64,000 nt of DNA from the human T2T-CHM13v2.0 reference genome, Homo sapiens: NCBI RefSeq assembly GCF_009914755.1, contig NC_060926.1; one strand, written 5' to 3'. Positions 1 through 15,989 of the stretch are shown here, in pieces. Every line of letters begins with the position of its first letter. The stretch's first letter is position 1. The notes beneath the pieces were generated by a model. That model was not told the DNA's origin, searched no databases, and was given only the letters and a program-made list of their open reading frames with translations. The translations under genes and the position numbers were made by a program.

Positions 1-309
1 CTAACTTCAAAGGAGGCAGACGTATGTATGTAGTCTGGCTGTGGGTTCAGTAGAAAGAGGAGAAAAAAGATTTTCCAGAGTAGCTACTTGTCTCTGCCAT
101 AGAATTGTTAGATAGTTTACTGTAGGTGGACTGTAAATAAATGTTTGCTTAGTTCTAACATTTGACTGATATTGGGTTGATCCTTTGAGACTTGGTATAT
201 TGTGGATATGCCTAAAGTTTCTTTTTCTACCAAAGATGTGATGTAATCTATGTCGTTACAGAAGTAGGAGAGGGAAGGAAACTACCATTAAAATCAGTCC
301 TTAGGAGCC

Positions 310-450
310 CAGGCACTGTTCTAGATGTTTGCATATATTAATATGATTTCATTTCATCTTTACAGTAACCTGGAAGAAAGATATTTAAATAATGACTTTC
401 CAGATCAAAAAATGAGTTTTGATGGCTTTTCTCAGTTTTCATAATTGGCA
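310..450. mobile_element. MIR fragment
   Basis: Degenerate MIR-like motifs (aggcactgttctagatg...atttcatcttTACAGTAACC). Confidence 0.45.
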
Positions 451-535
451 GAACTGATTTCCGAATCCTTTAAGTTGATCAGTTGACAGGAATGCATTTA
501 TGATTTTTATCTTTTCTTTTGGGGTTACTTTTCAG

Positions 536-610
536 TTTGACTTTGAAGGATCACTTTCCCCTGTCATTGCACCCAAAAAAGCAAGGCCTTCTGAGACTGG
601 ATCTGATGAT
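536..610 (+). pseudogene. ANAPC1-derived exon (duplicated ANAPC1 pseudogene fragment), encodes FDFEGSLSPVIAPKKARPSETGSDD
   Basis: Pyrimidine tract + TTTCAG acceptor (AG 534-535), 75-nt open exon, GTAAGC donor at 611. Peptide recognised as APC1 (ANAPC1). No further ANAPC1 exons recognised downstream. Confidence 0.88.
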
Positions 611-916
611 GTAAGCATTATTATTTCTTGCTAATATAAATTAATTTATGGATATTCATACTATTCTTCCACTTCTGTGGTATTCCTATCAATTCCTCTA
701 TCTTTCCAACACCTTTCACTTTATTTATTTTAATACTGAATAGCAATTATTTTGAAGAGTAGGATCTGTTACATTTTCTATGGTCTTTAATGATTATCCA
801 AAAATTAATGTATGTATTACTGCATGATTTCAGTTTGGGTTTGTAGACATTTTATTATCAACTGATCACCTGAAATGACAGCATTTGCCTTTTTTATGCA
901 GTGTTTTTTAAATTAA

Positions 917-1256
<340 letters not shown>

Positions 1257-1435
1257 TCCATGGTGTTATTCTTAAGTGGTCCAAATATGTTTTTTTAAAT
1301 TGTGGTGTAATTTACAAAAATGAAATACATCTTGAGTTTACAGTTTGATCAGTTTTAATATATGCACACTCATGTAACCTACACTCCTATATAGACACAG
1401 AATATTTTTATAACTCCATAAAATTTCCTTGTGCG

Positions 1436-1719
1436 GTTTTTTTTTTTTGAGACGGAGTCTTGCCTTATCGCCTAGGCTGGAGTGCAGTGGCACGATGTTG
1501 GCTCACCACCTCCTGGGTTGAAGCTATTCTCCTGCCTCAACCTCCTGAATAGCTGGGATTATAGGCATGCGCCACCACGCCTGGCCAATTTTTGTATTTT
1601 TAGTAGAGATAGGGTTTCACCATGTTGGTCAGGCTGGTCTTGAACTCCTGACCTCGTGATCTGCCCACCTCGGCCTCCCAAAGTTCTGGGATTACAGGCA
1701 TGAGCCACTGGGCCTGGCC
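1436..1719 (-). mobile_element. Alu (AluS), antisense, inserted in old L1-like sequence
   Basis: Canonical Alu motifs; flanks 1290-1435 and 1730-2070 resemble an L1M 3' region. Confidence 0.9.
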
Positions 1720-2074
1720 CCTCTTGCTGTTTTTAATCAGCTTTATTCTCTTCTTCTAGCAATCACTGATCTGAATTCTGTCACCATATCTTAGTTATGC
1801 CTGTTCTAGAACTTGATGTAAATAAAATAATATAGTATGTAATCTTTGGTATAAGATTTATTCAGCATAATGCTTTTGAGATTCATTCATATTGTTACAG
1901 ATACCCGTAGTTTGTGCTTTTTTATTGCTGAGTAGTATGAATATACCATAGTTTGTTTATCCATCCTTCTTCTGCTGGTAGATATCTAGGCTATTTCCAT
2001 TTTTTTTTTTAAGTCATGAATAAAGCAAGCTACTGCCAAAATTCACTGGCAAGTCTTTGTGGATATATATTTTC

Positions 2075-2370
2075 TTTTTTTGGGGGAGGGGGACAGAGTC
2101 TTGCTGTGTCATCCAGGCTGGAGTGCAGTGGCACAATCTCGGCTCACTGCAACCTCTGACTCCCAAGTTCAGGCAGTTCTCATGCCTCAGCCTCCCCAGT
2201 AGCTAGAATTACAGGTATGCGCCACCATGCCTGGCTAATTTTTGTATTTTTAGTAGAGACTGGATTTTGCCATGTTGGCCAGCCTGGTCTCAAACTCCTG
2301 GCCTCAATAATCCGCCCATGTTGGCCTCCCAAAGTGCTGAGATTACAGGTGTGAGCCACCATGCCCGGCC
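2075..2370 (-). mobile_element. Alu, antisense
   Basis: Canonical Alu motifs. Confidence 0.9.
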
Positions 2371-2484
2371 CGTGGACATACATTTTCATTTCTTTTTTAA
2401 GAGACGGGGTGTCACTTTTTGCCTACGCCGGACTGCAGTGATGCTATCGTAGTTGGCTGTAATCTCGAACTCATAGGCTCAAGC

Positions 2485-2951
2485 CATCCTCCTACCTCAG
2501 CCTCCAAGTGGCTAGGACTACCGGTATGCTCCATCATGCCTGGCTAATTTTTAAATTTTTTTGGCAGAGACAAGGTCTTACTATAATATGTTGCCCAGGC
2601 TGGTCTCAAACTCCTGGGCTCAAGCAGTCCTCCTGCCCCTATCTCCCAAAGTGCTGCGATTACAGGCATGAATTTTAATTTCTTTTAATTTAATTTAATT
2701 TCTTTTAAATTAAAATTCACATCTGTAATTTTAATTTCTTTTAATTTAATTTCTTTTAAATGAAAATTCACGCCTGTAATCACAGCACTTTGAGGGGTAG
2801 GGGCAGGAGGACTGCTTCAGCCCAGGAGACCAGCCTGGGCAACATATTATATAGTAAGACCAGTTGTCTACCAAAAAAATTTGAAAATTAGCCAGGCATG
2901 ATGGCGCATAACCTGTAGTCCTAGCTACTTGGAGGCTGAGGTTGGAGGATG
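2485..2951. repeat. Inverted duplication (palindrome) of an AluJ-like element with AT-rich duplicated spacer
   Basis: Arms ~2485-2680 and ~2760-2951 are reverse complements sharing non-consensus features: GGTCTTACTATAATATGTTGCCCAGG vs CCTGGGCAACATATTATATAGTAAGACC, and CCTCCTGCCCCTA vs TAGGGGCAGGAGG. Confidence 0.85.
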
Positions 2952-3138
2952 TTAAACACTCTTTCATGTGCTCATTAGCTGCTTATGTATCTTTTTGTGA
3001 AGTTTCTGTTCAAATCTTTATCAACTTGTAAATTAGATTTTAAAAAATTTGTAAGCTGGTGAAGTTCTTACATGTTCTAGACATGAGTTCTTGACCATAT
3101 TTTCCCTTAGAATGTGGCTTTAACAGTGTCTTTGATGA

Positions 3139-3500
<362 letters not shown>

Positions 3501-5319
3501 TAACATTTTCAAAAATTAAGGCATATTGTATATACAGGAAAAAAAATGAAGCCTATGATTTATATTTACAATTGCTTTGATTTAATACAAATTAAAATAT
3601 TACTGTTTATGAGAATGAGATTCTAAATGTAAATGGAATTCACAGAATGCATAATTTTTTTCTCGTTTAAAGAAATAGAGTCTCACTGTATGCCTAGGCT
3701 GGTCTCGAACTCCTGGGCTCCAGCCATCCTCCCATTTCAGCCTCCCAGAGTGTTGGGATTACAGGCGTGAGCCACCACGCCTGGCCTTGTACATGTTATA
3801 TAGTGACCATTTTGCACAAGATTGTTTGCCAAATGAATAATTAAAAAAATCCATTTAGTGTACTTTCCTTTAAATATTTTCACACCTGGAGTTAAAACAT
3901 TGTATTTTATAAAATGTTATTAATATAAAAATACTTGTAAATAAACTTGTGGCTATGTAGAATGTAGTAGAGGACTTTTGCATAAGCCCAGAGCCTAGTT
4001 TCTAAAGGTCTTTAGAAATATATAATAGACATAGAGGGGAAAGAGTTGGGGGAAATCAGAGGGAGGTATAATTCTGGTCTCTCGTCGTTCAGTTCTTTTT
4101 CATTCAGTTCTCTCAGGCACGACTCCAGCCACTTAGTTTTATATTTCAACTGGATGTTGACCCAATTAAAACAATTCACAGCTCCTGAAGATGAAATACT
4201 ATGAGTCCCTGCTTTGGACACATCTGTAGTAGAGTAGGAAAAGATAAATATAACCCAAGTAATTGTTACAGAATCTTCTGAAATATACAAATGGTAAAAG
4301 GTTTTGTAGGGCGTGTACTGGGGAAAAAGATAATTTTTCAACATGAACCTTTTAAGAGCTTGTGAGTCTCAAAGAGTCTTTAATTGATAGGTGATATGGA
4401 TAATACTCCCCTTTGGGAGGAGGTTTATAATACATAAACAACCTCCCCACCCTTCCCTCACAGCTTTCTGTCCTGTACTACAAGAACAACAAAACTCCAA
4501 CTAGTCAGAATTGCAAGTGGTTTATGGCCCCCCATATAGATTGAAAACTTGCTAAGAGACTGCACTGGAGAACCTGAAAGGATGAGGATGGAAAAGATGA
4601 TTATACTTTTCATTTGCAACAGGGCTTTCATTTGATTCTCACATTAATCCCATGTGGTAGTTAATTAAGGTAGTATTACAAGGTTCAGTGAATTGTCTGA
4701 GATCTCACAAATACAACCTAGATAAGAACCCAGGTATTATTATTTTCAGTCTTGCAATATTATTTTCCTACTTGCAATATTATCTTCACTCTTCATTAAG
4801 TTTGCACAGCAAAGTAATGGAATAAGTTCTGGGCTTTAATCCTTGAGTAGTTTGGAACTGTAATGTGTTACATTTGAGAGAGAGCCCTTCATTTTGAATA
4901 AAACCTTGGTACTGTTCCTGATCTTCTAACTTGGGTTAATGCTCTTCCCATTTTCATGATTTTTTTCATTTGTGAAATGAAGTAGTTGCACTAGATCATT
5001 TTCAATTTTCCTTCCCACTTAAATCAGTTTTAATTAAAAAAATTGCAGATGCCTTTTCTCAGATTGGAGTACACTTTTTGCTCCACACAATATCTGGTGT
5101 GTAAATTGGTATGTTCCGTGGAGTAAATACCTTTCCTGACTAGCCATTAACTTACTTCTGATTCCTGAATCCACTAATTTAACTATTGTTGAAATTACTA
5201 AAGGAAATTTTTCTTTAGCAAATGTAAAAACTCATATCAGGTCTCAGGTTTGATGTTGTAAAGCACTCTGACTCTTAGGAAGACTCTTTTTTTCCCCCAA
5301 CCTCTCATAAACAAATTAT

Positions 5320-6760
5320 TTCATTCATTATAAAATTTCATTCATTACATTTTCATTCTTCAGACTTGCAGTGTTTCCTCTCTGCTAAGTATAGTGTTAA
5401 ACACTGGCAAAAGAACTCTGGACACAACATCATGAACTTGCTCTCTGGGATCTTATAATCTAGTTGCAGAAGCAGATTGGTAAATACATAGTATAGCACA
5501 AGTACTATAATGGAGGCCTGAACTGAGTGCTGTGGGGGTACACAGATGAAGGCTTCTGGGAGACATCATGGCATAACTAGACCTGGAGGATGAATAAAAC
5601 TTTGGCCAAGTAAATACAGAGATACACGAAAAGCATGGATAAATGGCACAAGTAGGTTCAGGGATGATAAAAGTGTTAGTATGTGGAGAGTGTACAACTA
5701 TTTTGGGGAATGGGGAAACAGATTAAATTTGGGGCCAGACCCCGAAGGATGTGGGGATCCCATCAAAGTCTTTTAAGCAGGAGAATGATCAGATGCATTT
5801 TTTGGTATACTACCTGGGGGATAGGAGGAAGTGGACTACAGAAGGGGAGATCAGTAGAAGGAAGACAAGTTAGGAAGCTTTTCAGTCATTTTCATTAAAC
5901 ATGAAGCTTAATACATATTGTTCTAAGATCAGGAATACAGCAATAAAGAAAAAAACTTGCTGTAATGAAACTTACATTTTCTTGGGAGAGACAGAAAATA
6001 AACATGAAAAACAGATGTGTTCAATGGTGATAAAGCAGAAAGGGAGATGGGGAGTCAAGTGCATGTGGGGAGGGTGTTTAGGGAAGCACTTATGAAAGAG
6101 TAACATTTGAGCAAAGAGCCCTGATACAAGACAACAATCCAGACCCAAGACATTTGAGGAAAGAGCATCCATATAAAGGGAGTGGGAGGTAGAGAAAACC
6201 TGGACCAGGAATGAGCCTGGTATGATTGAGGAAAACACAAGGGATGTGGCCAGAGAATAATAAGAGAATAAATTAGAGGGGTAATAGGCAATTGTATAGG
6301 GCCTTGTGAGCCATTGTGTGGACCTTGGATTTCACTCTTGAGTGACCTGGGAGCTAATGGGGGATTAAACAGAGGAGGGACAGGATCCTCTATGGTATAT
6401 GGTAAATGAGTAGTATGGTAAATGAGGTAAATGAATAGTAAAAGGAACTGCTGTGGTAATTTAGGTAACAGATGATGATGGTTTAGGTGAAAGTGGTTGG
6501 ATTGTGGATATGGTTTGATTGGTGTTAGAACCAATAGGATTTAGTGGTGGCTGGATGTGGACAATGGGAGAATAGAATGAACCAAAGCTATTGTAAACGT
6601 CTAGAAATCAGATGAGGACTTGACGAAAGGCATTGGCAATGAGAAAGTAGACAGGCACCATTCATGAGGTATTTCTTAGCATTGATAGAGTTGGATATAA
6701 ATATCTGGAATTCTTAGCTGATTGAAATGTTAGTTGAAATGAATGATACCACTCAAGGTA
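5320..6760 (-). mobile_element. L2 LINE fragments
   Basis: TTCATTCATT start followed by purine-rich L2-like sequence (e.g. GGGCCTTGTGAGCCATTGTGTGGACCTTGGATTTCACTCT). Confidence 0.6.
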
Positions 6761-7394
6761 TGTGTGTCAAGAGGTATGGAGAAGAGCACAGAAGTTTTTG
6801 GAAACCAAGGGAGGAGAAAAGAAGGGATAGTCACAGAGCAGTAAAGAAAAATAAAGGTTAAAAATAGGTCACAGGATGTACATTATCCTAAGTTAAAATA
6901 TTTTAAGGTTTGAATGAAAGGGTGCTGCAGGGTTTGCAAACTGGTGGGCTTCAGGCCTAAAATCTGCCTATACTGTTGTTTTTGCCTGACAGAATATCTT
7001 AAAATATCTGTATTTGAAAGCATTTAAGGCTTGACTTGTGCTCTACGCTCCACAGTCTTATCGTTCATAGTTTCTTGGCAAACTCACCACTCAAGCTGTG
7101 CCTCACTTATTTAGGAGATCTGCCTCACTAGGGTAGACATTTTAGGTTTATGACTCTTAAGTTTTCACCTGGACAGATTGGCTAACAAAAAGAACCTCAC
7201 AGGTGGGTGACCTTGAATTCACCAGGTCATGCCATCAGTTCAGAGCGGCCGGAGAACTCTGTTCTCTTGTGCATTGATGCCCCCGGAGTTGTGAAACACA
7301 GTGGCCCTGCTTCAGTTTTTTAGATTTAGAAACTGGTCAGTGTCAGAGCGATCAGACACAGGAATGTTAATTCATGTTCAAAAATAATAACCAG

Positions 7395-7608
7395 GCTAGC
7401 ATTTGTTTAGCACTTGCTATGTGACAAGTACTGTTTTAAGTGCTTTACATGAATTGTTTAATCCTCACAACAACCCTGGGAAATAGGTCCTATTATTAGG
7501 CGCCCTTTCTACAGATGAGGAAACAGACAACAGATTGGTAAATTTCCCAAGATCACAAAGTAAGTCAGTAGGAACTCAAAGTAACCTGACTCCAGAGCCC
7601 ACACTCTT
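7395..7608. mobile_element. MIR element (insertion target of the WBP1 retrocopy)
   Basis: MIR core: TTTAATCCTCACAACAACCCTG...TACAGATGAGGAAACAGA...CCTGACTCCAGAGCCC. Confidence 0.8.
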
Positions 7609-8806
7609 TTTTTTTTTTTTTTTTAGCTGGTTCACGTCTCTTTAATGAGATCAAAGGCTCCTGTGTATGTCTTGCGGGGGTAAAGCTAGCACAGTCCCCC
7701 AATACTGCCCCTCTCCTCAGGGCTCCAGCCCTTTCAGGCAGATTCTAGGTAGGCAGGGAGGGGCCAAAAGGAACGCAAGGAGTTGGGACTAGGGCTGTTT
7801 CTGGTGGGCAAGTAACCCATCCACCCTCTCAAAACTACGTATGGGATGTCCCCTTCACTGGAAGACAGCCCCATGGGAAAGACCTGCGGTACAGAATCTG
7901 GGGGCAGTGCACACGGGGAGTAGTCCTCCAGATCTGGCAGGGTGGCACTAACCCTCACCTCCTTGACTGGCTCACCCTCACCGGAGGCAGGACAAGGGCA
8001 GAGCTTAATACCGGAGTCGCCAGTTAAACGGCGATAGCAGCAGGAGGGGGGTGTGGGGGCAGGGGTCACCCCTGCCCCAGGCTCACCCTCCTGATGAGGG
8101 AGGGCACTCTGGTGGGAGGAAACACCTTCCACATTTGTTCCTTCAAAATGGGCAGGGCAGCTGGATGAGGAGGAACAGCAGGTTTGTTCACTGGAAGCAG
8201 TCAAGGGGCGGCCTGGGGCGACAGTATAAGGCGCGGAGGCGGGGGGCGGGGGGTGGTGCCTGGGCGGTGAACCACATCCTCGTAGGCTGGGGGCTTGAAG
8301 GTGCTGAGGAGGCGAAGGTCAAGCAGTGAACCGGTAGGGAAAGGACCAGCCCCATGGCATGCCCCATGATAGGCCAACAAGTTGATTTCACGCTGCCGCT
8401 GCTGTTGTTGCAGCCTGAGTTTAGCTCGTCGGTGGCGGAAGGCCCAACAGCAGCTAAAGAGGATGAGGACAGTCCAGAGCAGCCAGAACCACCAGAGCTC
8501 ATAGTAGTAGGTGCAGCAGCCAGTCTCCCCGCAGCAGTGAACACTCTCACAGAGGTAGGGCTGGTTGTTCACTCCTGGGCACAGCTCTCGAAGCTGCTGT
8601 TGCGGCGCCCGAAGTGCCCCCCAGGCCTCCTCGCTGCCGTTCCCGCTGCTGGCCCGAGCCATACCTCCACCTACAGCCCCCTGAGGACCACAGCCTCCTC
8701 TACCGCCAGCCGCCCCGCCCCTGCCACCTCTGCTGCCACTGCCATGGTCCCTGCCCGGCCCATCTTCGCTGAGGCCACCATCACTCCGCGGCCGGAGCTT
8801 CCATCC
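7607..8806 (-). pseudogene. WBP1P1: WBP1 (WW domain binding protein 1) processed pseudogene
   Basis: Intronless WBP1 ORF from ATG 8662 (MARASSGNGSEEAWG...), frameshift in the C-rich PPPPY region (~8230-8256), 3' half in ORF 7734-8204, ATTAAA signal (7641-7646 minus), poly-A 7607-7624, TSD CCAGAGCCCACA(C/T)TCTT at 7592-7608 and 8807-8823. P1 vs P2 numbering is inferred. Confidence 0.9.
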
Positions 8807-9801
8807 CCAGAGCCCACATTCTTATCTGAGCATATACATCCCCATCACAAGAGAACGCCAGTTTATTCAAGTAAAATAAGGACTAGAAATTTACATCAGG
8901 GAATGTATTCTTTCACTGTAGAATGCTGAATGGAAAACCAAATTTCAATAGTTGCCTACTGAACAAGATCATGAGATAACAACAAGAGAGTTGATGATAA
9001 ATGACTAGAAGTTTTAAATGGCATCGACTCTGATAAAGTGATAATCTCAGCTCCATGATATACTCGTCAAGCAGTTACTTACATCAATCTGCCTTATAGG
9101 ATATCCTTTCTCCTGGTTAATGCTTATGTGATAGTGTTTTGTACCTTTCCTTTTTCACTGCTTTCATTACTGACCAAACTACTCACCCCCATATTTCTGG
9201 TAGATATATTTCTTTTCATTGCATGTTAGTATCTTAAATTTAGTCCTATCTTTTACTTGATCCTCCGTGCTTGACTTCCTAATCTATGTTCTGGTTTATG
9301 TTTTAGTTTTACAGTTGAGCTTTCTGAGGACATTCTTATTCCCAGTATCTTTTTTTGGGTGGTTGGGTTCTGGGAGGTGGTATTTGACTGCTGCTGATGT
9401 GTACCAACCAAGACAGTAGTCATTAAGTGACTAACAATAATGATTTCAGCAGATTATTACTCTTGGCAAAGAGCAAGCTTTCTCTATTATAAATGATTTT
9501 ATATTTGTTTTGTTTTTCTTTATTTGTAATTTGAGTTCTAGCTTAACATTATTACTTCAGATAACTGTTAATACATTTTCATAAATCATACATTCTTGAA
9601 TGGCAAATAAATAAATAATCAAGTTCCAAGTAGTTTCTAAAGAGAGTAAACATTAAAAGTAAACATAAAACTACATAAAAATCGATCACAGTCTATTCAT
9701 AAAGTTGGTATGAAAATAAAGATCCTAGATTTGGAACCCTCATGATACTCAATATTTTACATATATCAGAGTTTGTAATTTCCATAACTTCATTTGGTAG
9801 T

Positions 9802-9947
9802 TAGACATATAGACAGAGAAGATAATAATATATTCATTATATATATATTTATATATTATATTCATTATATATATATTTATATATAATATTCATATTATAT
9901 ATATATGTCTATAACATATAGACAGAGAAGATAATAATATATTCATT
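9802..9947. repeat. AT-rich low-complexity tandem repeat flanked by a 34-bp direct duplication
   Basis: ACATATAGACAGAGAAGATAATAATATATTCATT at 9805 and 9914, with (TATATTCATTATATATATATT)-like units between. Confidence 0.8.
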
Positions 9948-11664
9948 TTATAGTTTAGGAAACAGACTTGGAAGGGCAAATAACTTGTCTAAGATGACTA
10001 AGCAGCTGAGTGAGAACCACAGCCTATCTGTGGCATTCAGTTTCAGCCATCTTTCCCTTGCTTCATAAGGATAGTTACTCTGGTATCAGTTGCTGGATTG
10101 GGATTTTGGGCATTTATAAATGTTTTTATTTTGGATATTACTGAATCACAGACAATTTCATCTTAGTTAATTAAAAATTCATCTTACGTGACACTTGTCT
10201 AAATCTTAAAATATTAAAATTTTAATGTATAAGGATGTTAATAATCTTTATATTTTAAGAGACTATGAAGTCAAGTCTAGCTAACTTAGATCTGTAAGTT
10301 TTTAGCTATGGAAAGCAATTCTATTGTGTACAAGTTTCAGCCTGTGAAGGGAATTCATTGAAAATGTATAGAGATCAGAAGAACTAACACCTTTCTTGCA
10401 TGGATTTTTCTTGATTATTGGCAGTTAACAATAAAATGTTATTAGATCACTGGTGCTTCTGTGTGGGGTTGAGTTTTTTATGATATCTTCTGTTAGACCC
10501 ATAAGGGAGGCTGTGAGTTGTTTTCTACATCCTTGGAATATATAAGATCCTCTTTTAAAATTATATTTTATATAAGCACATGAAAATGGAATGAAATAAT
10601 GAATTGACATAGGAATTACCTACATATTTTGGCTGTACATTTAGTGCACAAAATATCCCTTTTTTGAATGCCAAATGGCCAAGTGTGAAAACCAATATTT
10701 GTTAAAGCTGGAGCAGAAGTCGGTATCATCATCATAGAGTAAACTTCTGGCATATGTGAAGATATGAAATGTTATCCCTGAAGTTATTATAATTTATTCT
10801 CAGAAATATTAGTAATCTTATTTTAAGAGTAGGACATTATAGTGCAGTAATGATAATTTTCTCAGTGCTGCCTGTTGCTAGATTGTTCCTATGATTGCTG
10901 TCATGCACATACAGACACTAAATTGAGGGTCACTTTCCACTGAAGTTAGTGGAATACAAAATAGGTGGAGGAACTTTCTTCCTCTAACGTCTTTATATGT
11001 GTCTGTGTTTATATATACGTGTATGTATATAAATATGTATACACATATATAATATCTGGAGCAAAAATGATTATGTTGTAAGAACTTTTGGAGGTTTTCC
11101 TCCTCGTAAAATTCCGAAGTGGTAGAGTTAACATTCTGCTTTTAATTTATCTACAAAAACATGTGAAGAATCCCCAAATAAGATTTTCTCATAGAAGATT
11201 CATGGATTTTGAGTCTCAGAAAAAAAAGGAAGAAAAAAACTTCATGGTATAAAACAACTAAAAATTAAATATAGTCTTTAGAAATGATTTTGTTTAGTAT
11301 AAATAATACTGGTATGACAACTGAATGCAATTGAAATTATGATATAAAATTTCTATTCTGCTTTGTATTTTTCATTAAAGTTTTTATAATTGTCATCTGA
11401 AAAAGGATTTAATATTCTTAAATTCATTAGCTAACTCTCTCAATATTATTACACTATTATTTGCCTATTTGAAAATTGTTACTTTCTTTCGTACATAAAT
11501 AGCATTCATAATCATTGTGACATTTTCTTCTTGCATTAATGTACATTTATACTTCATCTAATTGAGAAAATTTTAACATACAAAGTGACACAAAAAGATT
11601 TTCATTCCAAGTTTTATGTAAAACACCTAAAATTGGAAAATGAATATTCAGATACTAAGAGTAA

Positions 11665-11960
<296 letters not shown>

Positions 11961-11988
11961 ATATGACATACTTGAAAAAATATTCTTG

Positions 11989-12281
11989 GGCCGGGTGTGG
12001 TGGCTCACGCCTGTAATCTCAGCACTGTGGAAGGTCGAGGGTGGATCACCTGAGGTCAGTAGTTCAAGACCAGCCTGGCTAACATGGTGAAACCCCATCT
12101 CTACTAAAAATACAAAAATTAGCTGGGTGTGGTCGCATGCGCCTGTAATCCCAGCTACTTGGCAGGCTGAGGCAGGAGAACTGCTTGAATCCAGGAGGCG
12201 AAGGCTGCAGTGAGCAGATTGCACCACTGCACTCCAGCCTGGGAGACAGAGCGAGTCTCTGTCTCAAAAAAAAAAAAAAAA
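11989..12281 (+). mobile_element. AluSx-like, sense
   Basis: GGCCGGGTGTGGTGGCTCACGCC...GTCTCAAAAA; AAAATATTCT/AAAATTCT flanks. Confidence 0.93.
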
Positions 12282-12291
12282 TTCTCACTTT

Positions 12292-13079
<788 letters not shown>

Positions 13080-13914
13080 TGATCATGCAATCTCTGACCA
13101 TGTGACATTCAGGGATACCAAAAATGACTTGAGATGGGCCAAGGCAGAATTGGAGAAGCATACTTTGGCTGAATACTTAGGCCAAAGTATAATTTGGAAC
13201 ATTTCTTTTAAAAAATCTACTCCCCTATGCCTCCCAGTTGCAGTACCTTACAATTACAGTTAATCTAGTAGCAGATACTTGATTGGGATATTAGGTATTT
13301 ACAGACCAAATGCCCATTGGGATATTACTCGGTAACAGGCAGTTTCACTCTGGTTCATTGTAGATTCATCCAGTAAGCATTTCTAGAGAACTGCTATATG
13401 AAAATATTGTGGAAAGTATCAACTTTTTAAACTTTTGATGTCATGACACCTAGAAGATTATTTTCTGATACTCATATTCTAAGGGAATTTTATTTTCTGA
13501 GATTTGTTTCTGTGGAATTTCTAGTTCCCCAGTCTGCACTGAAAGCCTAAATCAAGAGGATAATTTGAAAGGTAATGAAAGTAAATCAATTCTAGCTTAG
13601 ATACCCAAGAGAGTAAATGAAATATAAAAATAATAACTTTTAAAATGTCTCAAAAAAAAGCTATGGTAAGCTAATTCTGTTTGGTTTATTCATGCAATAG
13701 TCTGTCTCTGCTTATGACATAAAGTATAATATATTTTAGGAATAGTGTGGTTTTCTTCATGATGTCAAACATACAAGCTTATGGATATATTTAAAAATTC
13801 TTAATTTTCTAGATTAATGTTCAGCACTACTTCTTCCATCTTGCATTGGATGGGGGCAGATAATTAATAATTATCAGATATTTTCTTATCAAAAACAAAT
13901 TTGTTGGAAAAAAA

Positions 13915-14209
<295 letters not shown>

Positions 14210-15330
14210 GTTGGAAACATTTTGAAGGAACTCTTTGTAAATAAAATACATGGCATGCCTTTCTGTTTTACTATACAGTTGCTGATTTATCCTTTACTTG
14301 GTTACTTTGAATCATCATTAACATCTGTTGTCACCATAATCCCTGTGATCACTAGATGTCATACTCCATTTTATGTTTTATTGTCGCCTTGGGGAGACTT
14401 TGAGAGTATGAGAGGTGTTCATGCAGACTGCTGCTGAGTGTTGCATAGAGATGGAATAAAGTACAAATACCTTCAGGAACAGACTCCAAACTTGGTCTAT
14501 TCCAGCTTCCTTTCATTTTTTTTTTTTTAAACGTATTCCAGATAATTTTTCATTGTTATTCTCTGAAGGAAAATAAGAGAAATTTCCTCTTAGAATCCCT
14601 TCTCCTTGGATTTGTAACCTTTCCCAGTTCATTTCTGTGGAAGTACTTGTAGTCCAGCATAGTAATTCTATTCAGATATGTATAGTTCAGTTAAGTCACG
14701 AAGGGAAAGGAAGCTTTCGTTGAGGGCTATCTACTAGGTGGTACAGTGCTAGGTAATTAACTTTATCTCAATCCTTAAACAACTCTGCAGTGGTAAGAGT
14801 GATTAATTCATCCCATTTTGTAGAGAAGGAAACTGAATGTTAGAGGGATGGCATAATTTGTTCATGTTCATATAGGTAGTACATTGGGAAGCAGAATTTG
14901 AACACAGATCTTTCTGATTCTAGAGCTTTGTGTTCTTCTACCTTGCTATGATGTTAAGTAATTAGTTTTAACATGCCACTTAAGTTTAAAGCCTTAAGTA
15001 GTCCTTTTAAGAAATCTTTTGTTGCTGGTTATTCTCATTTAACACTCCTATTTTAATTTCCACCTTCAGGTGACCTCACTTTGCCAGAACCGTGGGTCTT
15101 CATGAAATAAGAGATTTCATTTGGTTTTTGTTTTGGTAGAAATTGCTGTTACGGCAATCACCTACCTCACTATATTCCACTCTCTCTTCTGGATATTGGT
15201 GCTCAGCCCTTTTTTGAACTGCAAACCGTATTAATAAAATAGTTTTCATTCTTTGAGCATTCCTCTTCTCACCCCGCCCCCCCCCCCCAAAAGCCTACTG
15301 ACTTTGATGTGGAGCTGAACTGAACCACTC

Positions 15331-15882
<552 letters not shown>

Positions 15883-15989
15883 CTGAACCACTCTTTATCA
15901 ACTTATCTGGGACCCTGAAATGAAATAGGGTGACCCATTTTCTAGCTTTATGTGATTTTCTGGCTTCATATGGTTAAGTCTTTTTACCG

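Noticed and set aside
6055-6534. 159-aa minus-strand ORF
   Set aside because: Lies in a degraded L2 element; low-complexity composition, no recognisable domain.
8354-8929. 191-aa + strand ORF
   Set aside because: Antisense shadow of the GC-rich WBP1 retrocopy; no independent support.
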